From assembly GCA_951406725.2 (NCBI GenBank), contig OX597833.1, positions 36,456,001 to 36,520,000 of the forward strand: a stretch of DNA of 64,000 bases, in the 5' to 3' direction. Shown in pieces: positions 50,765 through 64,000 of the stretch. The stretch is from Octopus vulgaris (Eukaryota). Within the stretch, counting starts at the first letter, position 1; every line of letters begins with the position of its first letter. Below the pieces are notes generated by a model. That model did not search any database. It was not told where the DNA came from and saw nothing but the letters and a program-made list of their open reading frames with translations. The position numbers and the translations under genes were made by a program.

Positions 50765-51525
50765 CACAAAGTTGAATAACAGGAAAAACATTATTTATAA
50801 CAGAAAAGCAAGGTACAGGACAAGCTACACAAGGAAAAATCCCCTTCATCAGCTGTCACTAGTAGACTTAGCGTGTTTCGAAGGCAAGACAGGACACGAC
50901 TCGTCAATACTAGGCCTTCCTGCAAGAGAATTAAAATAAAATAACCTCGCAGAGGGGTAAAACAAGCACGAAAAAATGTAACACAAACGGGACGTAACAA
51001 TAGAACTGCGTAATAAAATACAAGATAAAAATACAAAATTAAAAATACATGTACAAGAAAATACAAAACGAGAAATAAAATATAAAACGAGAAATCAAAA
51101 TAAACAAGAAAACGAAGGAAAAAAACAAACGATGGGCTTTTGCTCTAGCTGGGACGGAAGAGGTACTGGCGAGCGCAGGGAAACATGACCTTACGGCCTG
51201 AAAGCAACGTGCAAAAGGATTAGCAGTGACGAAAGTGAGGAGGAGTGAGAGAGAGAGAGAGAGAGAGAGAGGAAGACACGCGGCTGAGAGAAGGATGAGG
51301 AAGAGGGAGAGAGAGAGGGGAAGGTAAAGCAAAGGGAGAGAATTTCGCGTCATAATTATATTATAAGACAATACTGGGAGGATAAGAGACAGAACGAAGC
51401 GAAGATTCGGAAATTCGAAAATTCGAACGAACCCGACGCGAAGCGCTGTCAGACAATAGTGTAATAAATAAAATATATGCATACATACAAACATATATGT
51501 ACGTACCGACATCTACATGTATATA
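50765..51525 (-). mobile_element. Probable Penelope-like 3' region (pyrimidine-rich on minus, partial hammerhead words)
   Basis: Minus strand has CGAAAC and CTGATGAAG near 50845-50885 and a long (CT)-rich tract like 54230-54550; next to (TA)n. Confidence 0.3.
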
Positions 51526-51562
51526 TACATGCATATATAAATATATGTACGTCCAGGACACC

Positions 51563-51621
<59 letters not shown>

Positions 51622-51811
51622 GAGAAAATGATATGACAAAAAGGAATAAACGATTATCATATGAACTTCATTAGCTTACTGCTGTTTCTACTATAAGATA
51701 GAGTACTAGGCTTACAAAGAAGAAGTCCTGAGGTCGGTTTCTTTGACTAAAAGTGATGTTCCAGCATGACCGCAGTCAATTGATTGAAACGAGTAAAAGT
51801 AAAAGAATAAA

Positions 51812-51868
<57 letters not shown>

Positions 51869-51869
51869 A

Positions 51870-52176
51870 GGTGCAATGGCCCAGTGGTTAGGGCAGCAGA
51901 CTCGCGGTCGTAGGGTCGCGATTTCGATTCCTAGACCGGGCGTTGTGAGTGTTTATTGAGTGAAACACCTAAAGTTCCACGAGGCTCCGACAGGGGGTGG
52001 TGGCGATCCGAGCTCCACTCTTTCACTGCAACTTTCTCTCACTCTTCCCTCTGTTGGCCTGCTCGCTTAGCCAGCGGGGTGGCGTCATTTGAAGGCTAAA
52101 ACAATGCGAAGCGCATTGTGACCAGCGATGTGTAGCAACATCTGATAGACTGGTCGGTCACGGTGATCACGGTGAT
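51870..52176 (+). mobile_element. tRNA(Arg)-like SINE family D, tail type 1
   Basis: TGGCCCAGTGGTTAGGGC...ACTCGCGG...TTCGATTCC head; tail shared with 791-894. Confidence 0.85.
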
Positions 52177-52199
52177 ATATATATATATTATATATGTAT

Positions 52200-52370
52200 A
52201 TCGTTGGCAATTTTCTTTCTCCGTCTTCCCTTCCTTGGTTTCTGACGAAGAGCTCCGTTCGAAACGTTAAATCCTCCTTCTTTCTTTCCTTTCCTGAGCG
52301 TCCATATAACATTATACTTATTCCACGTCCTCGCGGTGTTTTCTCATTGTTCATGTTTGGATTAATTATA
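52200..52370 (+). mobile_element. Hammerhead cassette family F2
   Basis: gguuu CUGACGA A GAGC-ucc-GUUC GAAAC GUU aaau (52237-52272). Confidence 0.7.
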
Positions 52371-52398
52371 TATAGAATATATATATATTATATATATG

Positions 52399-52516
<118 letters not shown>

Positions 52517-52542
52517 AAATAAGGTAAACAGAAGCTCATCTT

Positions 52543-52638
52543 ATTCCTACGTTCGTTTCACTATTATGGTTGCTTAGAAGCATGCATTATGTCTCGAACT
52601 GCATATGAATGCTTAACGAGAACAGATCACCAGGGAAC
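52543..52638 (-). ncRNA. Degenerate type I hammerhead with long stem-II loop
   Basis: guucc CUGGUGA UCUGUU...AAUAGU GAAAC GAAC GUA ggaau; cassette abuts (TA)n. Confidence 0.45.
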
Positions 52639-53159
52639 GTTTTATTACATTAAGTCACAGATAACTAATCACCGTAGTTTATACGTTTAACTGTTTCCTT
52701 CGTACGTTGTCACTAATCACACAAACTCGTGTTTAACTTAATTTCTCCTACATTTGCTCTGGAATTTCATAACTAGCAATACTACCAAGTAAAGTAATTA
52801 CTTAACCACTCTACTGGAAGCACAGTGAAACATGATAATCTATGGGGACTCTAAGCATAGTAGTAGCATTCGGACATCTATTTGTACACACAAGATGTAA
52901 TCCATAGACGCAAACGTGACTGTCTGGTAAGAAGCTTGATTACCAACCGCTTACTTCTGGCTCCGGTTTCACTCTACGTGGCACCTTCTACTATAGCCTC
53001 GGGCAGACCAAAAGTTTGTGAGAGGTTTTGGTAGATGGAAACTAAAAGAAGTCCGCTGTATATTCGTATTCGCATCTGTGTCTGTATGTTTGTGCGTATG
53101 TGGGTGTGTTTGCGTGTGCTTATATATGCATATGTGTATATATATATATATATTATATA

Positions 53160-53392
53160 TATTTCTTTACTACCCACAAGGGGCCAAACACAGAGGGGAC
53201 AAACAAGGACAAACAAAGGGATCAAGTCGATTACATCGACCCCAGTGCGCAACTGGTACTTAATTTATCGACCCCGAAAGGTTGAAAGGCAAAGTCGACC
53301 TCGGCGGAATTTGAACTCGGAACGTAACGGCAGACGAAATACGGCTACGCATTTCACCCAGCGTGCTAACGATTCTGCCAGCTCGCCGCCTT
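53160..53392 (-). mobile_element. SINE family B, full length
   Basis: Reverse complement match; preceded by a SINE A 5' half at ~52905-53060. Confidence 0.9.
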
Positions 53393-53929
53393 TTATATAT
53401 ACATGTGTGTGCATGAGAGTGTGCGTTCAGTACATGTATAAATATCTATATCAATCAATCTGTCTCTATGTGTGGGGTGGGGTTGAGGTGTATATATATA
53501 ATTTTGTACATGTCGCCGCCATTAGACTGTAGTCATGCTGGAGTACAGAGCTTAACAATTTTATTTTTTATTTTCAACTTATTTTACCAGTTATTGTATA
53601 TTTGTGCGGAGACGGGTGTCGTCATGTTTATGATATTGCACTCATGCTCGTAAGATCGTGTGTTCGATTTCTTGCGATTCTTTGTTATCTTGAGAAAATT
53701 TGCTTCATTTTATGTTGCACCAGTCTATTCAGCTGTCAAAAATGAGTAATCCTTCGATTGACTGGTGTCCCGTCCAAAGCAGAATATATGCGACAAGGAA
53801 TTCGAAAAACTAGCCTACTGTATCTATATGACTCCGGAAAGAATTTTGTCTTTTTTTTTATCGTATATTTCACATGTTTCACTTGTCCACCGCTTTTATT
53901 TCATGCTTTACTTTTGCATATATCTCATA

Positions 53930-55084
53930 TATCCAGTCAGCAATACCTGCACCTCCAGCAATATTATCTATTGCGTATCTTGCTCTCTCTGCCATTCCCT
54001 GTACATCGGACAAACGGGACGCCGCTTGGCTGACCGGTTCGCGGAACACCTTTGTGACATCCACCTTGCGAACGACACACCGGTCTCACGCCATTTCCGC
54101 TCCTTGCAACACCTGTCTGTGTTCGGTTTGTCCTTACACAGAGGCCATCCGGATTCCCGTTTGCGCCATGAACAGGAATTAATCTTCTCTCTTCGCTCTT
54201 ATATGCCATTTGGTCTCAACTCTCCTCCCCCTCCTCATCTAACCCCCTCTCCCCTTCCTCATCTAACCCTCCCCCTCCTCATCTAACCTCCCCCCGACCC
54301 CTACTTCTCTTCAGTCCTTCATCTTTTCACCCCTACTCCTCTTCCCTTCTTCCCTCTTTCTCCCTCCCTCTTTCTTCCCTCTTCCCTTCCCTCTGCTCCC
54401 TCACTCCCCTTCTCTCTCTCTCCCTCTATCCTCCCTCCTCCCCTCCCCTCCTCTTCTCCTCTCCTTCCTTCTCCCCCTCCCCCTCCCCCTCCCCCTCTCC
54501 CCTTTCTTTCTCCCCCTCCCCCTCCCATCTCCCCCTCCCCCTCTTCTCCTCTCTCTACACCACACCATACGACTTTACACATCACATCATACATACATAC
54601 ACACGTCTAGACCTCTCATACGCACTAATACCCCCTCTTCTCCTCTCTACACTACACCATACGACTTTACACATCACATCATATATACATACACACGTCT
54701 AGACCTCTCATACGCACTAATACTCTCTCATACACACACACACACACTCTTATGTTTGAGCGAGGGTCATTCAACCCTAATATCTCCCCTAATTTCGCTC
54801 TTGCGTCTCATGTTTGATCTTTGACTTCTGGCCGAAATCAGATCGCCATGTTGATTCGCTAGCTTTTGCACGCATATTTTTTTCTCTCCTTCTTTCTGTG
54901 TTTTTTTTCTCTGTGTATCTTTCTGTTGAAGAGCGTAGGCTCGAAACGTTAAAGACTTGCTTCATTTATATTTCCTGAGCGCCATACTAATACAATTGTT
55001 TGTTTGTATTCCACCTGCCTTCCTCTTTTGTTTATTTCCGTAAACCTGCCTTCGTCTTTTGTCTATTTTCATAAAGCTTACCGT

Positions 55085-55085
<1 letters not shown>
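53930..55085 (+). mobile_element. Penelope-like retroelement 3' end: GIY-YIG endonuclease, pyrimidine-rich 3' region, F1 hammerhead pLTR
   Basis: GIY-YIG reading frame, (C/T)-rich tract, ~93-bp tandem duplication at ~54537-54723, hammerhead at 54918-54955, ends in (TA)n. Confidence 0.88.
53945..54220 (+). pseudogene. GIY-YIG endonuclease domain of a Penelope-like element (5'-truncated, no RT)
   Basis: TCTSSNIIYCVSCSLCHSLYIGQTGRRLADRFAEH...PVSRHF...RLRHEQELIFSLRSYMPFGLN: xIY, YIG, R, EH, HF, E and GLN motifs with Cys insert. Confidence 0.9.
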
Positions 55086-55175
<90 letters not shown>

Positions 55176-55185
55176 CCGCGTGTGT

Positions 55186-55381
55186 ACCGTTGGCGATTTT
55201 TTTCCTCCGTCTTCTCTTCTTTGGATCTTTCCTTTTCCTATGTTTCTGACGAAGAGCACCGCTCGAAACGTTAAACCCTCCTTCTTTCCTTCCTTCCTTC
55301 CTTCCTGAGCGTCCAATAATACTATATTTGTTCCACGTCCTCGCGTTGTTGTGTTTTCTCTTTGTGTTTTCATGTTTGGAT

Positions 55382-55386
<5 letters not shown>
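55186..55386 (+). mobile_element. Hammerhead cassette family F2 (best preserved copy)
   Basis: guuu CUGACGA A GAGC-acc-GCUC GAAAC GUU aaac (55242-55276). Confidence 0.75.
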
Positions 55387-55443
<57 letters not shown>

Positions 55444-56592
55444 TATTGTTTGATGTTTCTAGTTGCCTTTAAATGCGTTGCTTAAGTCCTTACTTCTCGA
55501 TTTTCGTCCGAAGATTGCAATCGTGAAACTGGATATAACGCTTTGTGAACTCTTCTTCCAATAAAATGATATTTCTCTCTACTTCTGCTACTGAGCAGTG
55601 TTTGTCTTTTGTTCTTGGTCGCGCTTATTTGCTTTCACAAATAGAATGTTGAAGTTCTAACGTTGATCTAACCTACTATACTTTCTCATTAAATGTGAAA
55701 CTGTGTGCTTATGTATGCTTACAAGCTTTTTTACTCACTTTTCTTTCTGACCTCAAATTTCTCCCACTTTCGACATTTATCCCATCCTTTCGTGTTCGAT
55801 AACATAAGCACCATTCGAGTACTGAGGTGGACGTAGTGGCCAACAAAATTTCAGCCCTTGTGCCTATAATAGAAAGAGTTATGAGAAGGAAGAAAAATAA
55901 TATCAGCACCAATAGCTACAAACACAGCCGCACAGACAGCAACAACGATATTCGTTATTAAATTTGAAATATGTGATTATCTAAATATAGTTGTGATAAA
56001 AATAGAGGCGGCTGCGAAATATATTCATCATAAAACATTCTCTTTCGCTTGTTATATCCATAGAGTGTCAGCGAAAATGATAAAATATTAACAATACGTC
56101 ATTATTTTAGCACATAACGTGTATTTAAAGATAGAATATTCGAAGAAACGAGGTGGCGTAAGAAATGTGCCCGAAAAGAGTTATAGAGAAAGAGAGGAAA
56201 AAGAAACAATGACACTCAAAGAGAGGAGGCGAGGAAATAAATAAAAATGAGAATTTTTCAAAAATTTGAGGCATTATTTATTTAACTTTCATATGAAGAA
56301 CTGAATCTTAAACGCTACGGAAGTGAGTGATTTATTTTCTGGCTGTCTCTTTATTCATAACGTCCCTCCACTGTATGTAGTAAAATAATAAATCCTATGT
56401 ATAGATATCAACACAGAAAAATACACATATCTATATGCCATCCAACGATGAATGGTTATGTGTTTTGTATGTCAGCATATATATATATATATATATATAT
56501 ACACCACACGCACACACACATATATATGTATGCATGTGTGTTGATTTACATTCATACATATGTATACATACATACAGACAGATAGATAGATG

Positions 56593-56658
<66 letters not shown>

Positions 56659-57279
56659 CAGAAATAGACAGAGGTACAAGTGCGCACACACACGCACATG
56701 CTTACTCACAAACACACACATGCACACACATGCATGCATACATGCATGCATACATACATACATACATACATACATACATACATACATACATACATACATA
56801 CACACATGCATGCATACATACATACATACATACATACATACATACATACATACATACATACATCCTTTGGGAATTGGATCTCGAAGCTGCTTTCGACTTT
56901 TTCTATCCAAAAGAGATTATTAACCTAAAATTTACATGTTATATATGTACTTCGTGATCCAGTTCCCTCTACCTACCAAAAAGAATTATTGCAAGTTCTC
57001 TTGAAAGCTCGTAAATACCTCCGCCGTCAACAATATACATAATGTGTATGTGTTTGCCAAGGTCTGTGTATGTCAAGGTCTGTATTGCATATCACACGCG
57101 ACTCTTAACAACTTTCAATGAGATTGATGTATGATATCAAGAAATTGAAGATAAATTTCCAGTTGAATTAACATGCTTAGGGATAAAGGACAACTTACCT
57201 TTTATTTAGGTGAGGGGTGACTTTGTATAAGTTTTTTTTACTTTGACTTAGACCCATCAGCATAACATTGCCTTTAATC

Positions 57280-57480
57280 AACAGTCATTTGACTGTGACC
57301 ATGTTGGTGCACCGACTTAAAGGGTTTTAGTCGAACAAATCGACCCTAGGACTTTTTTAAAGCCTAGTACTTACTCTATCGGTCTCTTTTACCGAAGCGT
57401 AATGTTACGGGGACGTAAACTCACCAACGCCGTTTGTCAAGAGGTGATGGAGTGACAGAAACAGATATAAAGACCACGCA
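57280..57480 (-). mobile_element. SINE family A, 3' half
   Basis: cagtcatttgactgtgaccatg...gttacggggacgtaaac. Confidence 0.8.
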
Positions 57481-57558
57481 CACACACACAGACACACATA
57501 TACTCACTTGGAAATGGATGCGTGACGTTCAATTAAATAGTAAATAGTAAATAATATA

Positions 57559-57635
<77 letters not shown>

Positions 57636-58935
57636 CGATTTCTCCCGTAATATTTTGATCTTTTTTCTTTTCTTTTTTTTCTTGCGATTTCTTCGTAATA
57701 TTTTGCTAACGTGAAAATTTCTTCGGAAATATTTTGACTTTTCTCTTCATGATTGCATTTAAAAGTCATTTTGCTACTGGAAATTTGTTGTAGTGGTTCT
57801 TATGCTTAATATAATATTTTTTTCTAAACATAGAAACAGTAGATTGGCAGAATCAATAGAACGACGGAGAGTGTCTTACAATATTTAATTCTTTTAGATT
57901 ATGAATCTTTAAAATATTATTTTACCATCTTCTGACTCAATAAAAATTAACTGGGCTTTTTTGGGGTTTTTTTTAAATTTTTCTTTTTTTTTTGTCAAAA
58001 GATGCAAACTTGTACATATTTTACAAATCATTATTTCCAGACGCCTTTCTAATTACGAGGGGTTTGAGTTCAAACGATTTTTAAAAATAATTTTAAGTCA
58101 AATATATTTCTAACATAATTGTAGATTGTACATTCCACATTCTGTTGCCTGGCCAGCCTACTTAGTGTACATTCACCACTTGAAGAAGGAAATGCTAATC
58201 TAAGCAAATTAATGTGGTAGAGTAACGTTTTCTCCAGGTAAAGATTTTCTTCACACACCGTAATTCATCTAGAAAATCTTTTCTTCAACGGGTCCTTTCA
58301 CTTATTTTAAGATAGTAGGCTAATTTCAATATACTTGACTATTGTTTCTAACACATGGAGCGTGGTTCGTGTAGTACCATCATTTTCTTTTCTCTCTAAA
58401 ATTAATATTCATGATACCTACTATGAACAACAGTAAAATTTTTACTTTAATTTAGCATCTAACTATATATTTCTTGTATATTTATAATAGTTACGTCACA
58501 TTTCAAATTGATAAGTGCAAATAAAATGACTTTTTAAACGCTATCTCATCTGTACAAAAATATTCCGTCGTCTTTTGAGAATTGTCATGCTTATTACTCT
58601 ATGTGTCAACATTTACAAATATGTTTACAATTAAGTACAAAATGAATACTAATGTTGTTTTAAATACCCACCCTAAGGAAGCAATATCTCTAGCCGAAAT
58701 AAATGGGCAAAGTAGTCGCGCTACCAGCGATATCTGGCAGATGTGCGTTAATTTTTTTCCTTTTTTTTTTTTTTTTTGCTGTCAATGATAGCATAGTGCT
58801 GTTATAGTTAAATCAGTAACAGAAAAAGTTCAAATTATGCAAGTAAGAAGGATAAATATATTAAATTTTCGGTGTAAATCAAAGAAACTGCAGGGAAAGT
58901 TAAAATAGCATACGTCTATTTATTACATATAGTGA

Positions 58936-59238
58936 ATGCACATGGCCTAGTGGTTAGAGCAGCGGACTCGCGGTCGAGGGATCGCGGGTTCGAATCTTAG
59001 AGCGGGCGATGTGTGTGTTTATAAGCGAAATACCTAAGCTCCACGCGGCTCCGGCAGAAGGTAATGGTGAACTTCTGCTGACTCTTTCACCACAACTTTC
59101 TCTTACTCTTTCCTCTTGCAGCTCACCTGCGATGGACCGGCGTCCCGTCCAGGTGGGGAACCTATACGCCAAGGAGACCGGGCAACTGGCCCTTATGAGC
59201 CAGGCGTGGCTCGAGAAGGAACGAACAACCAACAAACA
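58936..59238 (+). mobile_element. tRNA(Arg)-like SINE family D, tail type 2 (V-domain-like)
   Basis: Head matches 51870; 3' part CCTGCGATGGACCGGCGTCCCGTCCAGG; (AAC)-type tail. Confidence 0.8.
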
Positions 59239-60239
59239 ATTTATTACATATAGAATAAATATAAATGTTTTTACACACATAGATAAAATATTATACATAT
59301 ATACAACTCGCGCATATACACACATATATATACATATACATGTACTCGTGCATGCATTCGTGTGTGTATATATACATATATAACATACATATATGTATGT
59401 ACATAATTCGCACACATACACATACACACACGTACACGAATACACACACGCATGCGTAAGTGAGAAACTAAGTTTTTCCACACTTATGCGACTATAATGA
59501 AGTGAGTCGAAAATGCTTTTGGACTTATTAAGAACATTTATTTTTATTTACTTTACCGGCGTAAAGATTTCTTTATTTAGAAAAGTGATGTAAAACAGAA
59601 GGACCTAAATCTCAACAGCATTTGTCTCCACTCTGATCAGAGGTTGAAAATGTTGCCCCATTTATGGAGCCTCAAATTGCAATAAGACACATTCGACTGG
59701 TTGAAGATGGTCACCAGGTCTGGCATAGAAATTGCTTAGTTCTCAGTGACGCCTGTATATCGGAGGTCATGCGACTCTATGAACGATAACTGCGACAAAA
59801 TTTAAAGCTGTGTTATTGCAGCGAATGTGTCATGAGGCAATATGAATAGCAACTATGTATTGTGGTCGCATATTAGGCCACTTGATTGTGGACAGTAATT
59901 GCGCCAAATGTCAAGATTGTTTCAACATGAACAACAGGTTGTCAAAAGAGAAAAGAGTAGAAAATAGGTTCCTAGCTTGTATACGTGTGTCGATATGTTA
60001 TATATATATGTATGCATGCGTGTATATAGTTATCTATGTGATTGTGTGTGAATTACAATAGTGTAATGTTTTGATGAAGTTGATAGTGATTATATCTGTT
60101 TTATAGCTTATTTATTTGTGGCGCATAAACATAGTTCATTTATACGTATTTGATCTGTGGTTTCGCCAGAGCAAACATAAAGTGGAAAATTTAGGAATTT
60201 TGGCGATTTGTTTGTTGCACATACGTCTAAATGTTCACT

Positions 60240-60712
60240 TACCGGAATCTACCTAGTAAGGTGGCTGCTGGAAGACCCTATGTCTAGCAACAAGACACTG
60301 CACCATGCCACACAAGCAGGAGGACCCAGTAATGGCTGTCAGACAATTTCTGTGACCACATCACCCCTAACATCTGGCCACCTAACTCCCCAGACTGAAA
60401 CCTCCTTCATTATTATGTAGGGGTACAGTTGAGCACGAGACCAACAAAACTCCTTGTCACTCTGATGAACTGAAGGCAAGGATTATGGCAGCATTGACCA
60501 ACTTAAACAAGGACACCGTCCAGAAGAGTTGCAAGAGATTCCGAAGTCGTCTGGAGGCCGTGTTTGAAGCCAATGGCCATTTTATTGAGTGAATTTACTC
60601 TTTATTTCAAGATATTTTTATGTAGTTTTGGAAACTATCTCTGTTAAAATGAGATGTAAGTGTTATTTTCCTTTAGGCGTAATTTAGACTAGAGTTTATT
60701 CACCGCACCCTG
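60240..60712 (+). mobile_element. Tc1/mariner (maT/DD37D-like) transposase C-terminal remnant with right end
   Basis: QDTAPCHT, IWPPNSPD, DELKARIMAALTNLNKDTVQKSCKRFRSRLEAVFEANGHFIE; ends ...CACCCTG. Confidence 0.75.
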
Positions 60713-60889
60713 TGTTTATATATATATATTTATATTTATATTAAGGGCATTTTTGTATAGTAATGCCCTTCATATAAATAAATATATTTAAAGGGAATAA
60801 TTAATATTTTTTCCCTTATGAGGTTTTTCACACTAACTACTTGATAAATTCTTATAAAGATTTTATCCTATTTTTAAATTATATATATA

Positions 60890-63800
60890 CATGCACAAAA
60901 GGCAATGGATGCACCTTCTTCCATCCTAAACTGTGCCAAACTTCTGTGTCACTAAGGATGTGCCTGAACCCAGAATGCAAGCACCACCATCTGAAGGGCA
61001 CAAAACGATCGCAAAATAAATATAAACAGCAACAGAGGAGATCTACGACAACAACAAAAACAAAATACAACCACGTTTCCCCTCTTACAATCAAACAACT
61101 AAGACAGAACCATGAAGAAACCATAACACCAAATAACATAAACATGAACTATGTATCCTCTGACCAAGTGGCAAACTAAAGAGGCAACTCTTTTTTACTG
61201 ACTTACCTAGAAAATATGAAGGCCGACCTAAGCCAGGAGATCCAACGAGCTATCAGCAACCATTTATGCAAATCACAAGGACCACACACCCACTACCAAC
61301 AAGAAAATCATACACACAGCTCCATACAAAAACTACCCACATTGTTACCACTGAACAACATAAAACATAACTTAGAACAATGCAAACATCAAACTAACCT
61401 TACCTCGACATTCCTGTAAAATGTACGTGGCATCAACCCATCAATCATTGCTCCAAAATGGAAGATCCCATATATAGAGAGTTGGCTTGCCGAAACGGCA
61501 CATTGCTTCCCTTCTTTATCCTTACTGAAACTCACCTAAACAACACCCATATGGATGCCGAGGTGAAAATAAAAGATTTCACCATCGTTCGTGCAGATCG
61601 CACAGACCGAAATAAAGGAAGGACAGCCATCTTTATCCATGACTCCTTTTAACTTGATGCCAAGGATATATTTTCCAATGGCTATTGTGAATCTGTATCA
61701 CTGTTCAACAAGGCCAAAGACATAATCATTGTTGGTCTTTACAGGCCTCCCCAAGCACCTCTAAAGTGCTTTGAAGAGTGCCTTAACAAAATCAAGTCCT
61801 TCCTTCAAAAATACAACTCCGGAAACATACTTGTGATGGGTGATTTTAACCTCCCTCATATAAACTGGCCCACAAATACTCTGAAGTTAAGCAAATGCTC
61901 TACATCAGATAAAGCAGCAGCAGAATCACTCTTTAATCTAATGGATAAATTCTTCCTGACTCAGCTAGTGTTTGAACCAACAAGACAGAGTAAAACGATC
62001 TTGGATCTAATATTAACCAACCAATCTAGCTTCGTTCACAGTATTTCAGTTGAAAAAACTCTCTTCTCAGACCACCACATGGTACTCTGCAATTTTAATT
62101 CCCGACATATAAAAACTAAAATCAGCCAATCCCACTCCATGGCACTCATTTGACAACATAAACTTCCACAAAGCGGACTGGGGAGCAATCAGAAAGGATC
62201 TGTCTTTCATCGACTGGTCTTTTACTCTCAATTCCACCCAAACTGAAACCGCATGGCAGCACTTTGAGAACATTGTCACCTATACATGCTCTAAACACGC
62301 TCCTACGAAATCTACTAACACAAACAGAAACCGGCTGCCTAAAAAGAAAAAAAACACTCATCAGGCGCATCAAAAGACTCAATAAAAAAAATCAACCAAT
62401 TAAAATATTCCCACATACAACATCCACATTCAACAACAATGAAAAGGCTAGAGTTGGAAAAACTTCATCTGCAGACCGACATGAAAACCTCCATTGAAAA
62501 TCAAAAAGCTGTGGAGGAACAGTGGGTAATCAAAAACATCAAACAGAACCCAAAAGTGTTCTATTCTTATGCAAATAAGCATAGAACCTCTGCCTCACCC
62601 ATTGGGCCATTGATTGATGATAACGGCATTCCCCAACACGATGCTAAAGAAATGGCAGAAATACTGCAGAAACAATACTGCTCTGTCTTTAGTATTTCCA
62701 CTGATATTGACGTAAGAGAAGCGAACGAAGTTGATTCCCAACATAAAATCTCAGACATAACCTTCACTGCCTCTGACATCATAGCAGCAATAAATGAGGT
62801 CAAATACTATTCTGCTGTAGGCCCTGATAGATTCCCCGCTAGTCTCCTGAAGGAATGTGGACACCAACTTGCAGTCCCTCTGACCAACCTCTGGAGAAAT
62901 TCGTTAGACTCAGGTTATATACCGAAAAAGCTTCTATCCCAATCTGTCATCCCGGTTTTCAAACAGGGAAACAGATCCCTCGCAGTCAACTATCGCCCAA
63001 TCTCACTCACCTACCACATCATTAAAGTGTTTGAAAGAGTATTAAGATCAAGGATAGCTGACTTCCTGGAGACCCACAAACTCCAAAATGCAAATCAGCA
63101 TGGCTTTCGCTATGGCAGGGACTGTCTAACACAGCTCTTACACCACATTGAAGATATACTCAAAGCCTTGGGAACAGGTTCGAACTCTGATGTCATATAT
63201 CTTGACTTCAGTAAAGCGTTCGACAAGATTGACCATAATATCCTACTCTCAAAATTGGAATCCGTGGGAAACTTCTACACTGGATTAAGTATTTCCTGGC
63301 GAATAGAACACAATATGTTGTAGTTGATGGAGTCCATTCAAACCCAGCAAAAGTCACCAGCGGTGTCCCCCAGGGAACTGTCTTGGGCCCGCTACTCTTT
63401 ATAATTTACATAAACGACCTTTCCAGTGTTGTACATTACTGCAAAGTGAAAATATTTGCTGATGACACTAATCTCCAGCAAATCATCAATGAAGAAGCAG
63501 ACCGAACTCAACTCCAGTCTGATCTATATGCTGTGAATCAATGGCCAGACAGAAACAAAATGCAACTGAACGAGGGAAAATTTGAGCTGATGCATTTTGG
63601 AAGAAATTCCTCACTAAAACAGCCATACTCTCTTCCTTCAGGGAAACCGCTCACAGCTTCTAACAATATCAGAGACCTGGGTGTAATTGTTGATGACGAC
63701 CTCAGTTGGAGTGCACACATCAACAAGAAGGTCGATATAGCTCGTAGGATGAGTTCCTGGATCTTAAGAACTTTCCGGTCCAGAGAACAAGGTGTCATCA

Positions 63801-64000
63801 TACCACTTTTCTCCTCCTTTGTACGGCCAAACCTCGAATACTGCTGCCCACTGTGGTCTCCCCATACAAGACAAAACATCTCGAGGATTGAATCACCCCA
63901 GAGAGCACTCACTAAACGAATTGAAGGCATGGCTGCTCTCGATTATTGGGACCGCCTTAAAGCCTTGAAACTCTACTCTCTCCAGCGTCGCCGTGAGCGG
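60890..64000 (+). mobile_element. CR1-group LINE (ORF1 Cys/His fingers, APE endonuclease, RT), disrupted by frameshifts, runs off the window
   Basis: CTKGNGCTFFHPKLC...CLNPECKHHH; ILTETHL, MGDFNLPHINW, LDLILTN, SDH; NYRPISLT, QHGFR, YLDFSKAFDKIDH, SGVPQGTVLGPLLF, FADDT, RPNLEYCCPLWSP. Confidence 0.93.

Noticed and set aside
50845-50890. Type II (permuted) hammerhead on the minus strand
   Set aside because: Core words present but stem I does not pair; kept only as weak support for a PLE end
55503-55542. CCGAAGA...GAAAC hammerhead variant
   Set aside because: Stems II and III mismatched; compatible with chance
62439-63323. Intact active reverse transcriptase gene
   Set aside because: ORF2 is broken by several frameshifts and stops; fossil LINE copy

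Overview
Eukaryotic, AT-rich, extremely microsatellite-dense non-coding DNA. The SINE families and repeat landscape suggest an octopus-type (cephalopod) genome (inference). Nearly all ORFs in the track are microsatellite or SINE artefacts. Recognisable content: about 20 copies or fragments of one tRNA-derived SINE (family A), about 10 of a Nin/Deu-domain-like SINE (family B), several other tRNA-derived SINEs, a 5'-truncated 5S rRNA pseudogene, decayed DNA transposons (Chapaev3-like, Tc1, maT-like, piggyBac-like), decayed LINEs (R4/Dong-type next to (TAA)n, RTE, a 3-kb CR1-group element), an LTR-like direct-repeat pair and the 3' end of a Penelope-like element (GIY-YIG endonuclease). The most striking signal is a set of at least 10 type-I hammerhead-ribozyme-like motifs from several unrelated short cassettes, mostly embedded in (TA)n tracts and often fold-back. 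They include a 425-bp retrozyme-like unit and families with recurrent non-canonical cores (U4C; A6U; extra A before stem II), one pair showing stem-I covariation. Two candidate first coding exons of host genes (7499-7523 minus; 26575-26627 plus) are tentative. All identifications are by eye; nothing was searched or folded computationally.
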